Source of the DNA: Candidatus Iainarchaeum sp.
GTDB taxonomy: Archaea > Iainarchaeota > Iainarchaeia > Iainarchaeales > Iainarchaeaceae
Direction of reading: 5' to 3'
DNA length: 20,878 bases
Assembly: GCA_043812975.1 (NCBI GenBank)
Contig: JBDRLP010000049.1
Location: forward strand, 1-20,878
The notes under the pieces: generated by a model
Told to the model about the DNA's origin: nothing
Seen by the model: the letters and a program-made list of their open reading frames with translations, nothing else
Databases searched by the model: none
Shown: piece after piece, positions 8,763 through 16,772 of the stretch
Numbering within the stretch: the first letter of the stretch is position 1
Layout of the letters: each line of letters opens with the position of its first letter
Position numbers and translations under genes: made by a program

Positions 8763-9829
8763 TTTAGATCTTCCCTTTCCTTTAACATCTCTTTCCTGAA
8801 TTTTTCAAAAAGATTTTTTTCATAAAATTCATTAATTGCATTTGCAATTGCTCTGGAATCTTTTGGTTTCACAAGCAAGCCGTTTTTCCCGCTTTTTATG
8901 AGATCCTTGTTTCCACCGACATCTGTTGAAATGACAGGCGTTCCAAAACCGATTGCCATCTGTATAATGCCGGATTGTGTCGAAGAAATATAAGGTAGAA
9001 CAACAGCGTCAGTTTTGCTGAAGAATCCATATACTTCATCATCACTGACATACCTGTCCGCAATATCAACACTGTTTTCCAGTTTGAGTTTCTTTATTTT
9101 TGTTATATATTCATTTTTGTCCTGCCAGAACTCCCCCACAATCATAAGCTTGATTTTTGGATTCTGTTTAATTATTTCAGGCATTGCATCTAAAAGAAAA
9201 TGAAGTCCTTTGTATTTTCTGACAAACCCAAAAAACATTATGTTGTTGCTGATTTTTCTTTCTCTGGTTTTTTCCTCGCCGAAATATTCTGAATAAGCAG
9301 GTTCCGGTAAAAAATTCACCTCTGCCTCTTTTTTCATCTGCAATATTATTTTCTTATCTGAATTTGAAAGCGTAATAAAATAATCTATCGGAAAAAACAT
9401 TATTCTTGTGAGGAAATCATGCATTGGATTTTTTTCGTGCGGTACAGCATTCTGAATAACCATGGATATTTTTGCCTTTGTGAAAAGCTTTGCCAAAACA
9501 GCAATTGTAAAATATGCAGGTGTAAAAAAAGTATGCCACCACTGGAAGGTAACCCGATCCGGCTTTTCCTTGAGAATTATCCAGAAAACTCTTATCCAGC
9601 TTAATGGATTGATTGAATCAAGTTCACGCCTGACTGTGAAATCCATAATTTTGTTTTCCTTGTTGTTTGTTTCTTGAAATTTCCCAGGATAAAGCGTTTT
9701 CGGAAACAGCCTTGAAAAACTTACTGCAATAAGCTCATTGTTCTTTGAAATATTTTTGCAGAGAATATAATTGGAATGTGCTATTCCTCCTCTGTAAGGC
9801 GGAAGCGGACCTATTATCATAACTTTCAT
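8723..9829 (-). CDS. GT4 family (GT-B) glycosyltransferase
   Basis: GPLPPYRGGIAH, FFGFVRKYKGL, VVLPYISSTQSGIIQMA..FGTPVISTDVGG, NGLLV. Confidence 0.92.
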   Translation of the reverse strand: MKVMIIGPLPPYRGGIAHSNYILCKNISKNNELIAVSFSRLFPKTLYPGKFQETNNKENKIMDFTVRRELDSINPLSWIRVFWIILKEKPDRVTFQWWHTFFTPAYFTIAVLAKLFTKAKISMVIQNAVPHEKNPMHDFLTRIMFFPIDYFITLSNSDKKIILQMKKEAEVNFLPEPAYSEYFGEEKTRERKISNNIMFFGFVRKYKGLHFLLDAMPEIIKQNPKIKLMIVGEFWQDKNEYITKIKKLKLENSVDIADRYVSDDEVYGFFSKTDAVVLPYISSTQSGIIQMAIGFGTPVISTDVGGNKDLIKSGKNGLLVKPKDSRAIANAINEFYEKNLFEKFRKEMLKEREDLKWNVEKEKIFLKK

Positions 9830-10479
9830 TTAATTGACTCCTTATTTTTTGTGAGCAGAACAATGTAAGTAGGAAAGATAATGTTCATTTTTTCAAGAAT
9901 TACTCTTGGAATAATTTTTCCAAGGAATTGTATGCTCTTCCACATGTCCAGCTTGAATTTTTTTGGATTGATTATAACATCAATTGTCAGATTTCTAATC
10001 CTGAATTTTTTTGTCAAGCTAACTATTTCAGCATAACTAATATTGTTAACCTCTGGATCCCTCTGTTCTTTTCCAATAATCCAGTATTTATTAGGGGTTG
10101 CCATATAACACACGCCGTTTTTTTTAAGCACTCTGAAAATTTCTTCACAATGAGTTGCCTGTTCTTTTTTTGGTATGTGTTCAATTACGTGATTGGAAAC
10201 AATTACATCAAACTTTTCTTTCTCAAACGGAATCTTTGCATTTTTCACTCTGGTAAATGTGTATCCTTGCTTTACAATTCGGTCATCAGCAATATCAATG
10301 CTTTTCACGGTTTTTGAGTTTTTGGAAAGTTCACGTGCAATAACGCCTGAGCCTGTTCCAATATCAAGAACATTGCATTTATCGAGGCCCTTGATTGTTT
10401 TCAGCACGGCAATTATTTTTCCTGCTTTTTTCAGGTTGTGCTCTTCATCAATTTCAGCATGGGTTTTTGACATTTTCAT
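9826..10479 (-). CDS. Class I SAM-dependent methyltransferase
   Basis: VLDIGTGSG, IPFEKEKFDVIVSNHVIEHI, RVLKKNGVCYMATPN. GGTGA at 10484-10488. Confidence 0.88.
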   Translation of the reverse strand: MKMSKTHAEIDEEHNLKKAGKIIAVLKTIKGLDKCNVLDIGTGSGVIARELSKNSKTVKSIDIADDRIVKQGYTFTRVKNAKIPFEKEKFDVIVSNHVIEHIPKKEQATHCEEIFRVLKKNGVCYMATPNKYWIIGKEQRDPEVNNISYAEIVSLTKKFRIRNLTIDVIINPKKFKLDMWKSIQFLGKIIPRVILEKMNIIFPTYIVLLTKNKESIK

Positions 10480-10587
10480 AATTTCACCAGTTTAATTAAC
10501 TAATATTGTTAATTATATTCATACTATATTGTTTACACATTTATTGTTTGTGGTTTATTCATAATATTGTTAGAAAGGTGATTTTGC

Positions 10588-11736
10588 TTGAGAAAGGTTT
10601 CTGTTGGGGATTTTAAGATAGATAAAGATATGAAAAAAGCAGTTATGGAAACCCTTGATGCTGAAATGATTTCTGAAGGTAAAAAAGTCGAAGAGTTTGA
10701 ATCTAAATGGGCGGATTATATTGGCACAAAACACTGTGTTTTAACCAATACAGGAACATCTGCTTTAATGGCAGGATTGACTGCTATTAGATATAAGGAA
10801 AAGATTCCTGAAGGAAATAAAGTTATTACTTCACCACTCACATATATTGCCACTGCAAATGCGGTTGTTACTTCCAAATTAGAACCTGTTTTTGTTGATG
10901 TTGATAAAAAAACTTTTGGCATAACTCCTGAAAATATAGCAACTTTTCTTGAAGAACAGGATTCAACTAAGGATATTTCAATTATAATGCCGGTACATTT
11001 GATGGGTTATGTTTGCGACATGGAAAAAATAAATAAAATAGGAAAAAAGTACGGGTTATCTGTTGTTGAGGATTCTTGTCAGGCGCATGGAACAAAAATT
11101 GGGGAAAAAAGAGCAGGTAATAATTCATTAATGTCATTTTTTTCATTCCACATTGCTCATAATATTCAGGTTGGAGAAATGGGTTGTGTTAATACAAATA
11201 ATTCCGAGATAGATGCTCTTGTGAGGAAAATAAAATCCAATGGAAGACGTTCTGATCAACTTGATGACCGGTTCTTTCATGACCTTATTGGCTATAATTT
11301 CAAAACAGTTGAACTATTAGCTGCTATTGGAGTTGTTCAGCTGAAAAAAGCTGATGAGATATTCAAAAAAAGATCGGAGAATGTGAAATATCTTAATGAA
11401 GAACTTGAATCATTAAACAATGATTTACAGCTTCCTGAATATTCAAAAGACGTGAGCTACCTTGCTTACCCTATTATACTAAAAAATCGGAAAAAAATTT
11501 CAAGAAATAAACTTATGCAAGACCTTGCTTCTTTTGGTGTTGAATCAAGACCTTTATTCGGTTCAATTCCTACACAACAGCCTGCTTATGCACATTTAAA
11601 GAAGAAATATAGCGGAGTGCTTCCGAATTCTGATTATCTTGGAGCTAATGGCATTTATGTCGGGTGCCACCAGTTCCTAACAAGGGAAGACCTTAATCAA
11701 ATTGTCAGTTCTCTGAAAAAAATATTTGCAAAATAA
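10588..11736 (+). CDS. DegT-fold PLP/PMP enzyme with His at the catalytic Lys position (ColD/RfbH-like NDP-4-keto-6-deoxyhexose 3-dehydratase)
   Basis: NTGTSAL, PVHLMG, VEDSCQAHG, SFHIAHNIQVGEMG (His codon 11158-11160), GYNFK, ESRPLFG, YVGCHQ. TTG start 6 nt after GGTGA at 10577-10581. Confidence 0.85.
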   Translation: MRKVSVGDFKIDKDMKKAVMETLDAEMISEGKKVEEFESKWADYIGTKHCVLTNTGTSALMAGLTAIRYKEKIPEGNKVITSPLTYIATANAVVTSKLEPVFVDVDKKTFGITPENIATFLEEQDSTKDISIIMPVHLMGYVCDMEKINKIGKKYGLSVVEDSCQAHGTKIGEKRAGNNSLMSFFSFHIAHNIQVGEMGCVNTNNSEIDALVRKIKSNGRRSDQLDDRFFHDLIGYNFKTVELLAAIGVVQLKKADEIFKKRSENVKYLNEELESLNNDLQLPEYSKDVSYLAYPIILKNRKKISRNKLMQDLASFGVESRPLFGSIPTQQPAYAHLKKKYSGVLPNSDYLGANGIYVGCHQFLTREDLNQIVSSLKKIFAK

Positions 11737-11747
11737 ATTGCACAAAT

Positions 11748-12620
11748 TCAAATTAGCAATTTTCCGAATCTTAAACTTCCAATAAATCTGCTTAACTTTA
11801 CTGCCAGCATATACCCAACTCCGCCTATAATTATTATTGCTGTGTGTAACGGGCTTTTGTTTTCCAAAAAAGTAATACCTCTAGGAGAACTCAAATTCAT
11901 TTTTTCCCCTTTTTCCCAGGTGCCTGTTGCAACTCTGAAATCCTGTATTGGATCAACAAGAAACCCATGTTTTATATGCAAAAATTCTTCACAAACTTTT
12001 GTAGGGTGCTTTTTGTAAAGAAGTACATCATTCTGGTGGTAATAAAGCCTTTGAAGAACATGCTTAACTAACCCAAAAAAACCCTGAGGCTTTACTTCTA
12101 TATGGTCGTGATAATAATTTGGTTTGATTAGTTTGAATTCATAACCAATATCCATTATTTTAAAACTCAAATCAGTATCCTCGCGATAATAATTATACTT
12201 TTCATCATAACCCCCGACTTGTTCTAGAATTTCTTTTCGAAAACCAGTGGATGTTCCGCCGTAATAATCATACCCGCTTACAATTCCTATTTTTTCTGAA
12301 TTAAAACCATCAGCCATTTTTTGCAACCAATCTTTTTCTGCAATACAGTCATGGTCCATATTTATAACAATTTCATATTTAGAATTCGCAATCCCAGTAT
12401 TCCGCGCTTTACAGACCCCTGAATTTTTTTGGTGAAAAACTTTTAGAATTCCTTTTCCTTTTTTATATTTTTCAAGAAATTCCTTTGTGCCATCTTTTGA
12501 ACCATCATTAACCACAATAAGTTCATATTTTCCTTTGAAATTCTGTTTCAAAAGCGAATCCAGGGTTTTCTCAAGAGTTTTTTTGTTGTTATAAGTAGCA
12601 ACTACAATACTTGCGTTCAT
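11748..12620 (-). CDS. GT2 family glycosyltransferase with C-terminal hydrophobic segment
   Basis: SIVVATYN, IVVNDGSKD, NSGVCKARNTG, NMDHDC (DxD), VGGYDE, REDTDL. Confidence 0.9.
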   Translation of the reverse strand: MNASIVVATYNNKKTLEKTLDSLLKQNFKGKYELIVVNDGSKDGTKEFLEKYKKGKGILKVFHQKNSGVCKARNTGIANSKYEIVINMDHDCIAEKDWLQKMADGFNSEKIGIVSGYDYYGGTSTGFRKEILEQVGGYDEKYNYYREDTDLSFKIMDIGYEFKLIKPNYYHDHIEVKPQGFFGLVKHVLQRLYYHQNDVLLYKKHPTKVCEEFLHIKHGFLVDPIQDFRVATGTWEKGEKMNLSSPRGITFLENKSPLHTAIIIIGGVGYMLAVKLSRFIGSLRFGKLLI

Positions 12621-13093
12621 TTCAATTCCTCGTTGTAAAATTTTTCAAGCAGTTCATTTATTTTTCCTCGTGCAACTTTTTTCGGAACAAATTTTTCCAG
12701 TTCGGAAAGTTTTTCCCCAAGTTCATTTACCTTCCATGCAGCCAACCCGAGCTTTTTTTGTTCAACAACTTCTGCAAGTTCTAGCTGATGGTCATTTGTG
12801 TGTTCTCCAAATTCTTTTCTTCTCGGAATAACTATCATTTTTTTTCCCAAATTTTTGCACAAACCAATATTGCCTTCTCCTGCATGAGTAATCACGATGG
12901 TTGCTTCTGAAAGTTTTTTGTTAAAATCATCCAGAGTCAAAAACTTTGCATATTCGCTTTTTGGTTTGTAAGTGCTGTATCCGGTTTGAAAAAAAACCTT
13001 TTTCTTAATTTTTCCCTGTTCAACAAGTGCATCAACTTCTTTCAGAAGCCTGTCAAACTGCTGAGGGTGCGTTCCAAGTGTTACAAAAACCAA
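12617..13093 (-). CDS. alg13: Alg13/PssE/CpsG-like glycosyltransferase catalytic subunit (GT28 C-terminal domain)
   Basis: (M)VFVTLGTHPQQFDRL, FFQTG, ITHAGEG, IPRRKEFGEHTNDHQLELA. The family N-terminus implies a TTG start at 13093 (158 aa); the ORF track extends 40 codons further to 13213. Confidence 0.85.
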   Translation of the reverse strand: MVFVTLGTHPQQFDRLLKEVDALVEQGKIKKKVFFQTGYSTYKPKSEYAKFLTLDDFNKKLSEATIVITHAGEGNIGLCKNLGKKMIVIPRRKEFGEHTNDHQLELAEVVEQKKLGLAAWKVNELGEKLSELEKFVPKKVARGKINELLEKFYNEELK

Positions 13094-13197
13094 ACCACCG
13101 TTGGTCACCCTTTTCCTTCGGTCAGGGTACAAGCGGTGGGGTGCGCGGACCGCCAACCCATCGCTTTGCGATGGGTTATAAGTTCGAGTCGTATCCA
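13094..13197. other. GC-rich multi-hairpin intergenic element (candidate structured RNA or palindromic insertion)
   Basis: 52 of 84 nt are G/C over 13094-13177, in otherwise AT-rich DNA. Perfect 10-bp inverted repeat AACCCATCGC-TTT-GCGATGGGTT (13155-13177). Also GCGGT/ACCGC (13133-13153) and ACCCT/AGGGT (13107-13128) stems. Confidence 0.55.
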
Positions 13198-13209
13198 TAT
13201 TTTTGTTCT

Positions 13210-13662
13210 TCAAAAAATACTGCCTCCAAATTTTCCTTTCGGATAAAAATTTTCAAGTTCTTTCCACTGGTAAATGAAAAGATCAGAAAATAAGTATGCG
13301 ATTTTTCCGCTTATGCCTGGTTTTGTTGGTCTGCAAAAACTTTCAATAAAAATAATTTTTTTACCAAGAATTTTCCCCGCTATGCAAACAACTAATCCCA
13401 CATCTGCACCGGTTGAAATAATCAAATCAGGATTTTCTTTTCTCAAAATAATAACTGCTTGAAAAAAACTTTTCAATGTTGCAACAGGATTTCTTTTGGG
13501 AAGTTCCACAAAAAAAACTTTCTCTTTTTCCCCTAAACTTTCAGTATCTTTTCTTTTGAATGTAACAAAAAAATGTTCTTTTTTTTCATAAAAACTTTTC
13601 AGTTGTAGCATTTCTGCTAAGTGGCCTCCTGCAGAACACGCTAAACACACTTTTTTAGTCAT
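13210..13662 (-). CDS. alg14: Alg14/PssD/CpsF-like glycosyltransferase acceptor subunit
   Basis: VCLACSAGGHLAEM, ILRKENPDLIISTGA, IIFIESFCR..PGISGK, FIYQW. GAGGAG Shine-Dalgarno upstream. Confidence 0.9.
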   Translation of the reverse strand: MTKKVCLACSAGGHLAEMLQLKSFYEKKEHFFVTFKRKDTESLGEKEKVFFVELPKRNPVATLKSFFQAVIILRKENPDLIISTGADVGLVVCIAGKILGKKIIFIESFCRPTKPGISGKIAYLFSDLFIYQWKELENFYPKGKFGGSIF

Positions 13663-13764
13663 CCTGATTAACTCCTCTTTGCTTTTAATTAAAGCTTATT
13701 GGTATAACTTCAATTTTTTGAAGAATAATTGGTACATTAGTGAAATTCAGTGCTTTAATTTGGC

Positions 13765-13772
13765 TTTTAAAC
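13765..13772 (+). promoter_or_regulatory. Candidate TATA box for a leaderless aglB transcript
   Basis: TTTTAAAC lies 22-29 nt upstream of ATG 13794, typical archaeal TATA-to-start spacing. Weak evidence in AT-rich DNA. Confidence 0.3.
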
Positions 13773-13793
13773 CTTATGAATTACTTTATGATA

Positions 13794-15713
13794 ATGCTAG
13801 AAAAAACTAAAGCTTATGCAGAGGGGCATAAGAAGGAACTTTTGTTTGTTTTTTTGATTTTCTTGCTTGCATTTGCTATTAGGGCTCATTTAATGATTTA
13901 TGATTTGCTGTTTGGTTTTGACCCTTATTTTCATGCCCGTTTAGCAGAATATGTTGTTAAAACACTGACAATTCCAAGTGTTGATCCTTTAGCTTATTAT
14001 CAGGTTGAAGGCGGAGTTCCTTTACCCGAAAGCGGACCATTTTTCTGGTTTTTCACTGCTATCATATTTAAAATATTTACTCTTGGAGCAGCATTCAGCA
14101 AAGAAACTTGGATTGTTGCTGTAAAGTTTTTTCCTGCAATTTTCGGAGCATTAATTAGTGTTGCAATGTATTTCCTTGGAAAGGAAATGTACAGCAAAAA
14201 AGCAGGGGTCACAATGGCGATTTTTGCATCAGTAGTTCCGAGTTTTGTTTACAGGACAATGGCTGGTTTCTTTGAGGAAGATGCGCTTGGATTTTTATGG
14301 ATGGTTCTTGGACTAATTTTCTTTGTAAAGGCGGTAAAGAATGCTGAGTTTAATTCTGAAACAATAAAAAATTCAATAATTGCTGCATTATTATTTGCAA
14401 CAATGGCCTGGACCTGGCAGATGTTCCTTTTAATTCCAATTATTTTAGTTGCTTGGTTTCCAAGTACTATAGTTTTAATGTGGTTTAGAAAAGAGAATAC
14501 TGAAAAAATACTCAACATTACAAAAACTTTTGCAGTAACTTTTGTTTTGTTTTCAGTGGTTGCTTCTGCTCTTGTTGGAACTACATGGATTGACTCTACT
14601 GTAGGTTACGTAACAAGTTATTTGCCCGTTACTGGAGAAAACCTTGACAGAATTAATACCACAGGGGGAGACAGTACAAGTGTTTATAGTGTTAGTGTGG
14701 GTGAAGAACAATCAGGTTTCAGATTCTGGGGTAATAAGTATAGTGCATTAATCGTTTTTCCATTTGTAGCATTATTATTATTCATCCCTTATCGTTTGCT
14801 CAGAAAAAAGAATGACTATATCTCTTTCCTGATTTTTTATTGGATATTAGTAGCAATGTTCATGGCTTTTATAAGGTTGAAATTCACTTATGTTTTTGGT
14901 TTGCCTATTGCAGCTGCAGCAGGAATAACTTTACATGAATTATTTTCCTGGGTTGGTAACAGAGCGAGTTTTGAGAAAAAAACAATTGCTTTAGTTTTAG
15001 GGTTTATGTTTTTGGTCGGGATAGCTGCAGGGTCATTTTTTGTTTCACAGAATGTTCCGAATATTGAACAGGATAATGGCTGGAAAGAATCTTTATTATG
15101 GATTAACGAGAATACTCCTGAAGATGCTACTTTTTTCAATTGGTGGGATGAAGGTCACTGGGTTACTTTTATTGCAGAAAGAGGAGTCAGTGCGGATAAC
15201 AGGAATTATAATCTTAAATTTAATTCGGATATAGCTAGGTTTATGTTAACTGATTCAGAAGAAGAAGCGATAACCATTGTGAATGAGTATAATCCTACTT
15301 ACATTCTTTTGAGCGAGGATTTAGTCGGAAAAATGGGTTCTCTTGGATTATATGCGTTTAATACGGCAAATCATTTAGATCCAAAAGTTTCAAAGTATTT
15401 TTCAGTTGAAATGAATTGTTATAAAATAGGGGATTCTTTATCAGGGAATGTTAGTGTTCAATGCGGTGGAAATACACTCCCCGAGCAAGAGTATCTTTCA
15501 ATACCATTCAAAAGACTTGAGGAACCAAATCAGTTGCTTGGAGATTCTCAGAGAGTTTTCATTTACAGAAATGAAATCGGAAACAAATTATTCATAATGA
15601 ACAAGGCAGCGAATGATTCAATGATTGTAAGACTTTTCTTTAACATTGATAATGAGCCTGAGTTTGATGAAGTGTATTCAAATAAAGAAGTAAGAATTTT
15701 CAAGTTAGCTTAA
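13794..15713 (+). CDS. aglB: Oligosaccharyltransferase AglB (STT3 family)
   Basis: Multi-TM N-terminal domain with GFDPYFHAR, YRTMAGFFEED and EL5 motif SVGEE, then a soluble C-terminal domain with NWWDEGHW (WWD at 15141) and a terminal VRIFK. Start uncertain (GTG 13740; ATG 13776, 13788 or 13794). Confidence 0.93.
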   Translation: MLEKTKAYAEGHKKELLFVFLIFLLAFAIRAHLMIYDLLFGFDPYFHARLAEYVVKTLTIPSVDPLAYYQVEGGVPLPESGPFFWFFTAIIFKIFTLGAAFSKETWIVAVKFFPAIFGALISVAMYFLGKEMYSKKAGVTMAIFASVVPSFVYRTMAGFFEEDALGFLWMVLGLIFFVKAVKNAEFNSETIKNSIIAALLFATMAWTWQMFLLIPIILVAWFPSTIVLMWFRKENTEKILNITKTFAVTFVLFSVVASALVGTTWIDSTVGYVTSYLPVTGENLDRINTTGGDSTSVYSVSVGEEQSGFRFWGNKYSALIVFPFVALLLFIPYRLLRKKNDYISFLIFYWILVAMFMAFIRLKFTYVFGLPIAAAAGITLHELFSWVGNRASFEKKTIALVLGFMFLVGIAAGSFFVSQNVPNIEQDNGWKESLLWINENTPEDATFFNWWDEGHWVTFIAERGVSADNRNYNLKFNSDIARFMLTDSEEEAITIVNEYNPTYILLSEDLVGKMGSLGLYAFNTANHLDPKVSKYFSVEMNCYKIGDSLSGNVSVQCGGNTLPEQEYLSIPFKRLEEPNQLLGDSQRVFIYRNEIGNKLFIMNKAANDSMIVRLFFNIDNEPEFDEVYSNKEVRIFKLA

Positions 15714-15730
15714 TTTATAGAAGGGTTATT

Positions 15731-16735
15731 GTGGTTCTGAACTTTGAGTTTTTACTTTCATTGTGTTTTGTTTTTTTATCCTCATTTGTTTTAACTTATT
15801 TAGTAACTCCTGTTTTAATCAGAAAAATAACTGCAAGAGGACTGATTGGAAGGGACATGAATAAGTTAATGGGAAAGTCTGTTGCAGAAATCGGAGGTAT
15901 AGCTCCGTTGCTTGGAATTTCTCTTGGAATAATCGTTGCAATTTTTATTTCTACTTATCTCGGGTTTTTTGAATTCGATTTAACAATATTGTTTGCTGCA
16001 TTCCTAACAATTTTTTTAGTTGGTTTTATTGGTGTAATAGATGATTTAATCGGCTGGAAAAAAGGGATAAGGCAATGGCAGCATGCTTTGTTTCCGTTGT
16101 TTGCAGCACTTCCTCTTATGGCGATACAAGCAGGAACTGACTTTTTGGTATTGCCATTTGTAGGTCCTGTTTCAATAGGTATTTTTTATTCGTTACTTTT
16201 AGTTCCTTTGGGAATCACAGGGGCAAGTAATGCATTCAACATGCTGGCTGGCTTTAATGGTCTTGAAGCTGGTTTAGGTGTAATTATAATCTCAACCCTT
16301 TCTTTAATCGCTTTTATGACTGGGCGTTATGAAGCTCTTATTATTGGAGTTGTAATAATTGCCGCACTATTAGCTTTTCTTAAATACAATTGGTTTCCTG
16401 CAAAAGTATTTGGTGGTGATTCATTAACTTTAATGATTGGTGCTGCAATAGCAACAATTTCTATTATTGGTAATATGGAAAAAATTGGAATAAGTTTAAT
16501 TGCTTTACACTGGATTGAACTTGGCTTCAAAGGGCGTTATAAGTTCCAGACAGAATCATTTGGAATTCCTCAAAGAGACGGTACTCTGAAAGCTCCGGAA
16601 AAAATAGGTTCATTAACTCATTTTTTGCTTTCAATACAACCAATGAAAGAAAAACAATTAGTATTAGTAATCCTTGGATTACAGACTATAATTTCAGTAA
16701 TAGTTTTCTTTTTGTTCTATTTTGCCCTGTTTTAA
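15731..16735 (+). CDS. aglH: UDP-GlcNAc:dolichol-phosphate GlcNAc-1-phosphate transferase (AglH/Alg7, MraY-like superfamily)
   Basis: GRDMNK, VAEIGG, IGVIDD, SNAFNMLAGFNGLEAG, YNWFPAKVFGGDS; about 10 TM helices; directly downstream of aglB. Confidence 0.88.
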   Translation: MVLNFEFLLSLCFVFLSSFVLTYLVTPVLIRKITARGLIGRDMNKLMGKSVAEIGGIAPLLGISLGIIVAIFISTYLGFFEFDLTILFAAFLTIFLVGFIGVIDDLIGWKKGIRQWQHALFPLFAALPLMAIQAGTDFLVLPFVGPVSIGIFYSLLLVPLGITGASNAFNMLAGFNGLEAGLGVIIISTLSLIAFMTGRYEALIIGVVIIAALLAFLKYNWFPAKVFGGDSLTLMIGAAIATISIIGNMEKIGISLIALHWIELGFKGRYKFQTESFGIPQRDGTLKAPEKIGSLTHFLLSIQPMKEKQLVLVILGLQTIISVIVFFLFYFALF

Positions 16736-16772
16736 CGGTTTTAGACAAATTTAAATAATATAACTCTATAAT

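Noticed and set aside
8940..9000. GT4 lacking the E-x7-E motif (SSTQSGIIQMA) as an inactive enzyme
   Set aside because: The TQSG variant is a recurring GT4 subtype and the rest of the ORF is intact.
13102..13197. Canonical tRNA or hammerhead ribozyme
   Set aside because: The acceptor-like stem is only 3 bp and the loop sizes are wrong. The minus-strand CUGACCGAAGGAAA does not match the hammerhead CUGAnGA-stem-GAAA core.
13094..13213. 40-aa N-terminal extension of Alg13 in the ORF track
   Set aside because: The family begins at (M)xFVTxGT, and the extension coincides with a GC-rich hairpin element where an open frame is likely by chance. Not fully excluded.
13198..13220. -1 frameshift at ATT-TTT-TGA fusing Alg14 to Alg13 into a MurG/Agl24-like protein
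   Set aside because: The frames would allow it, but there is no canonical X-XXY-YYZ heptamer, the strong hairpin is over 30 nt downstream, and T-runs are everywhere in this DNA.
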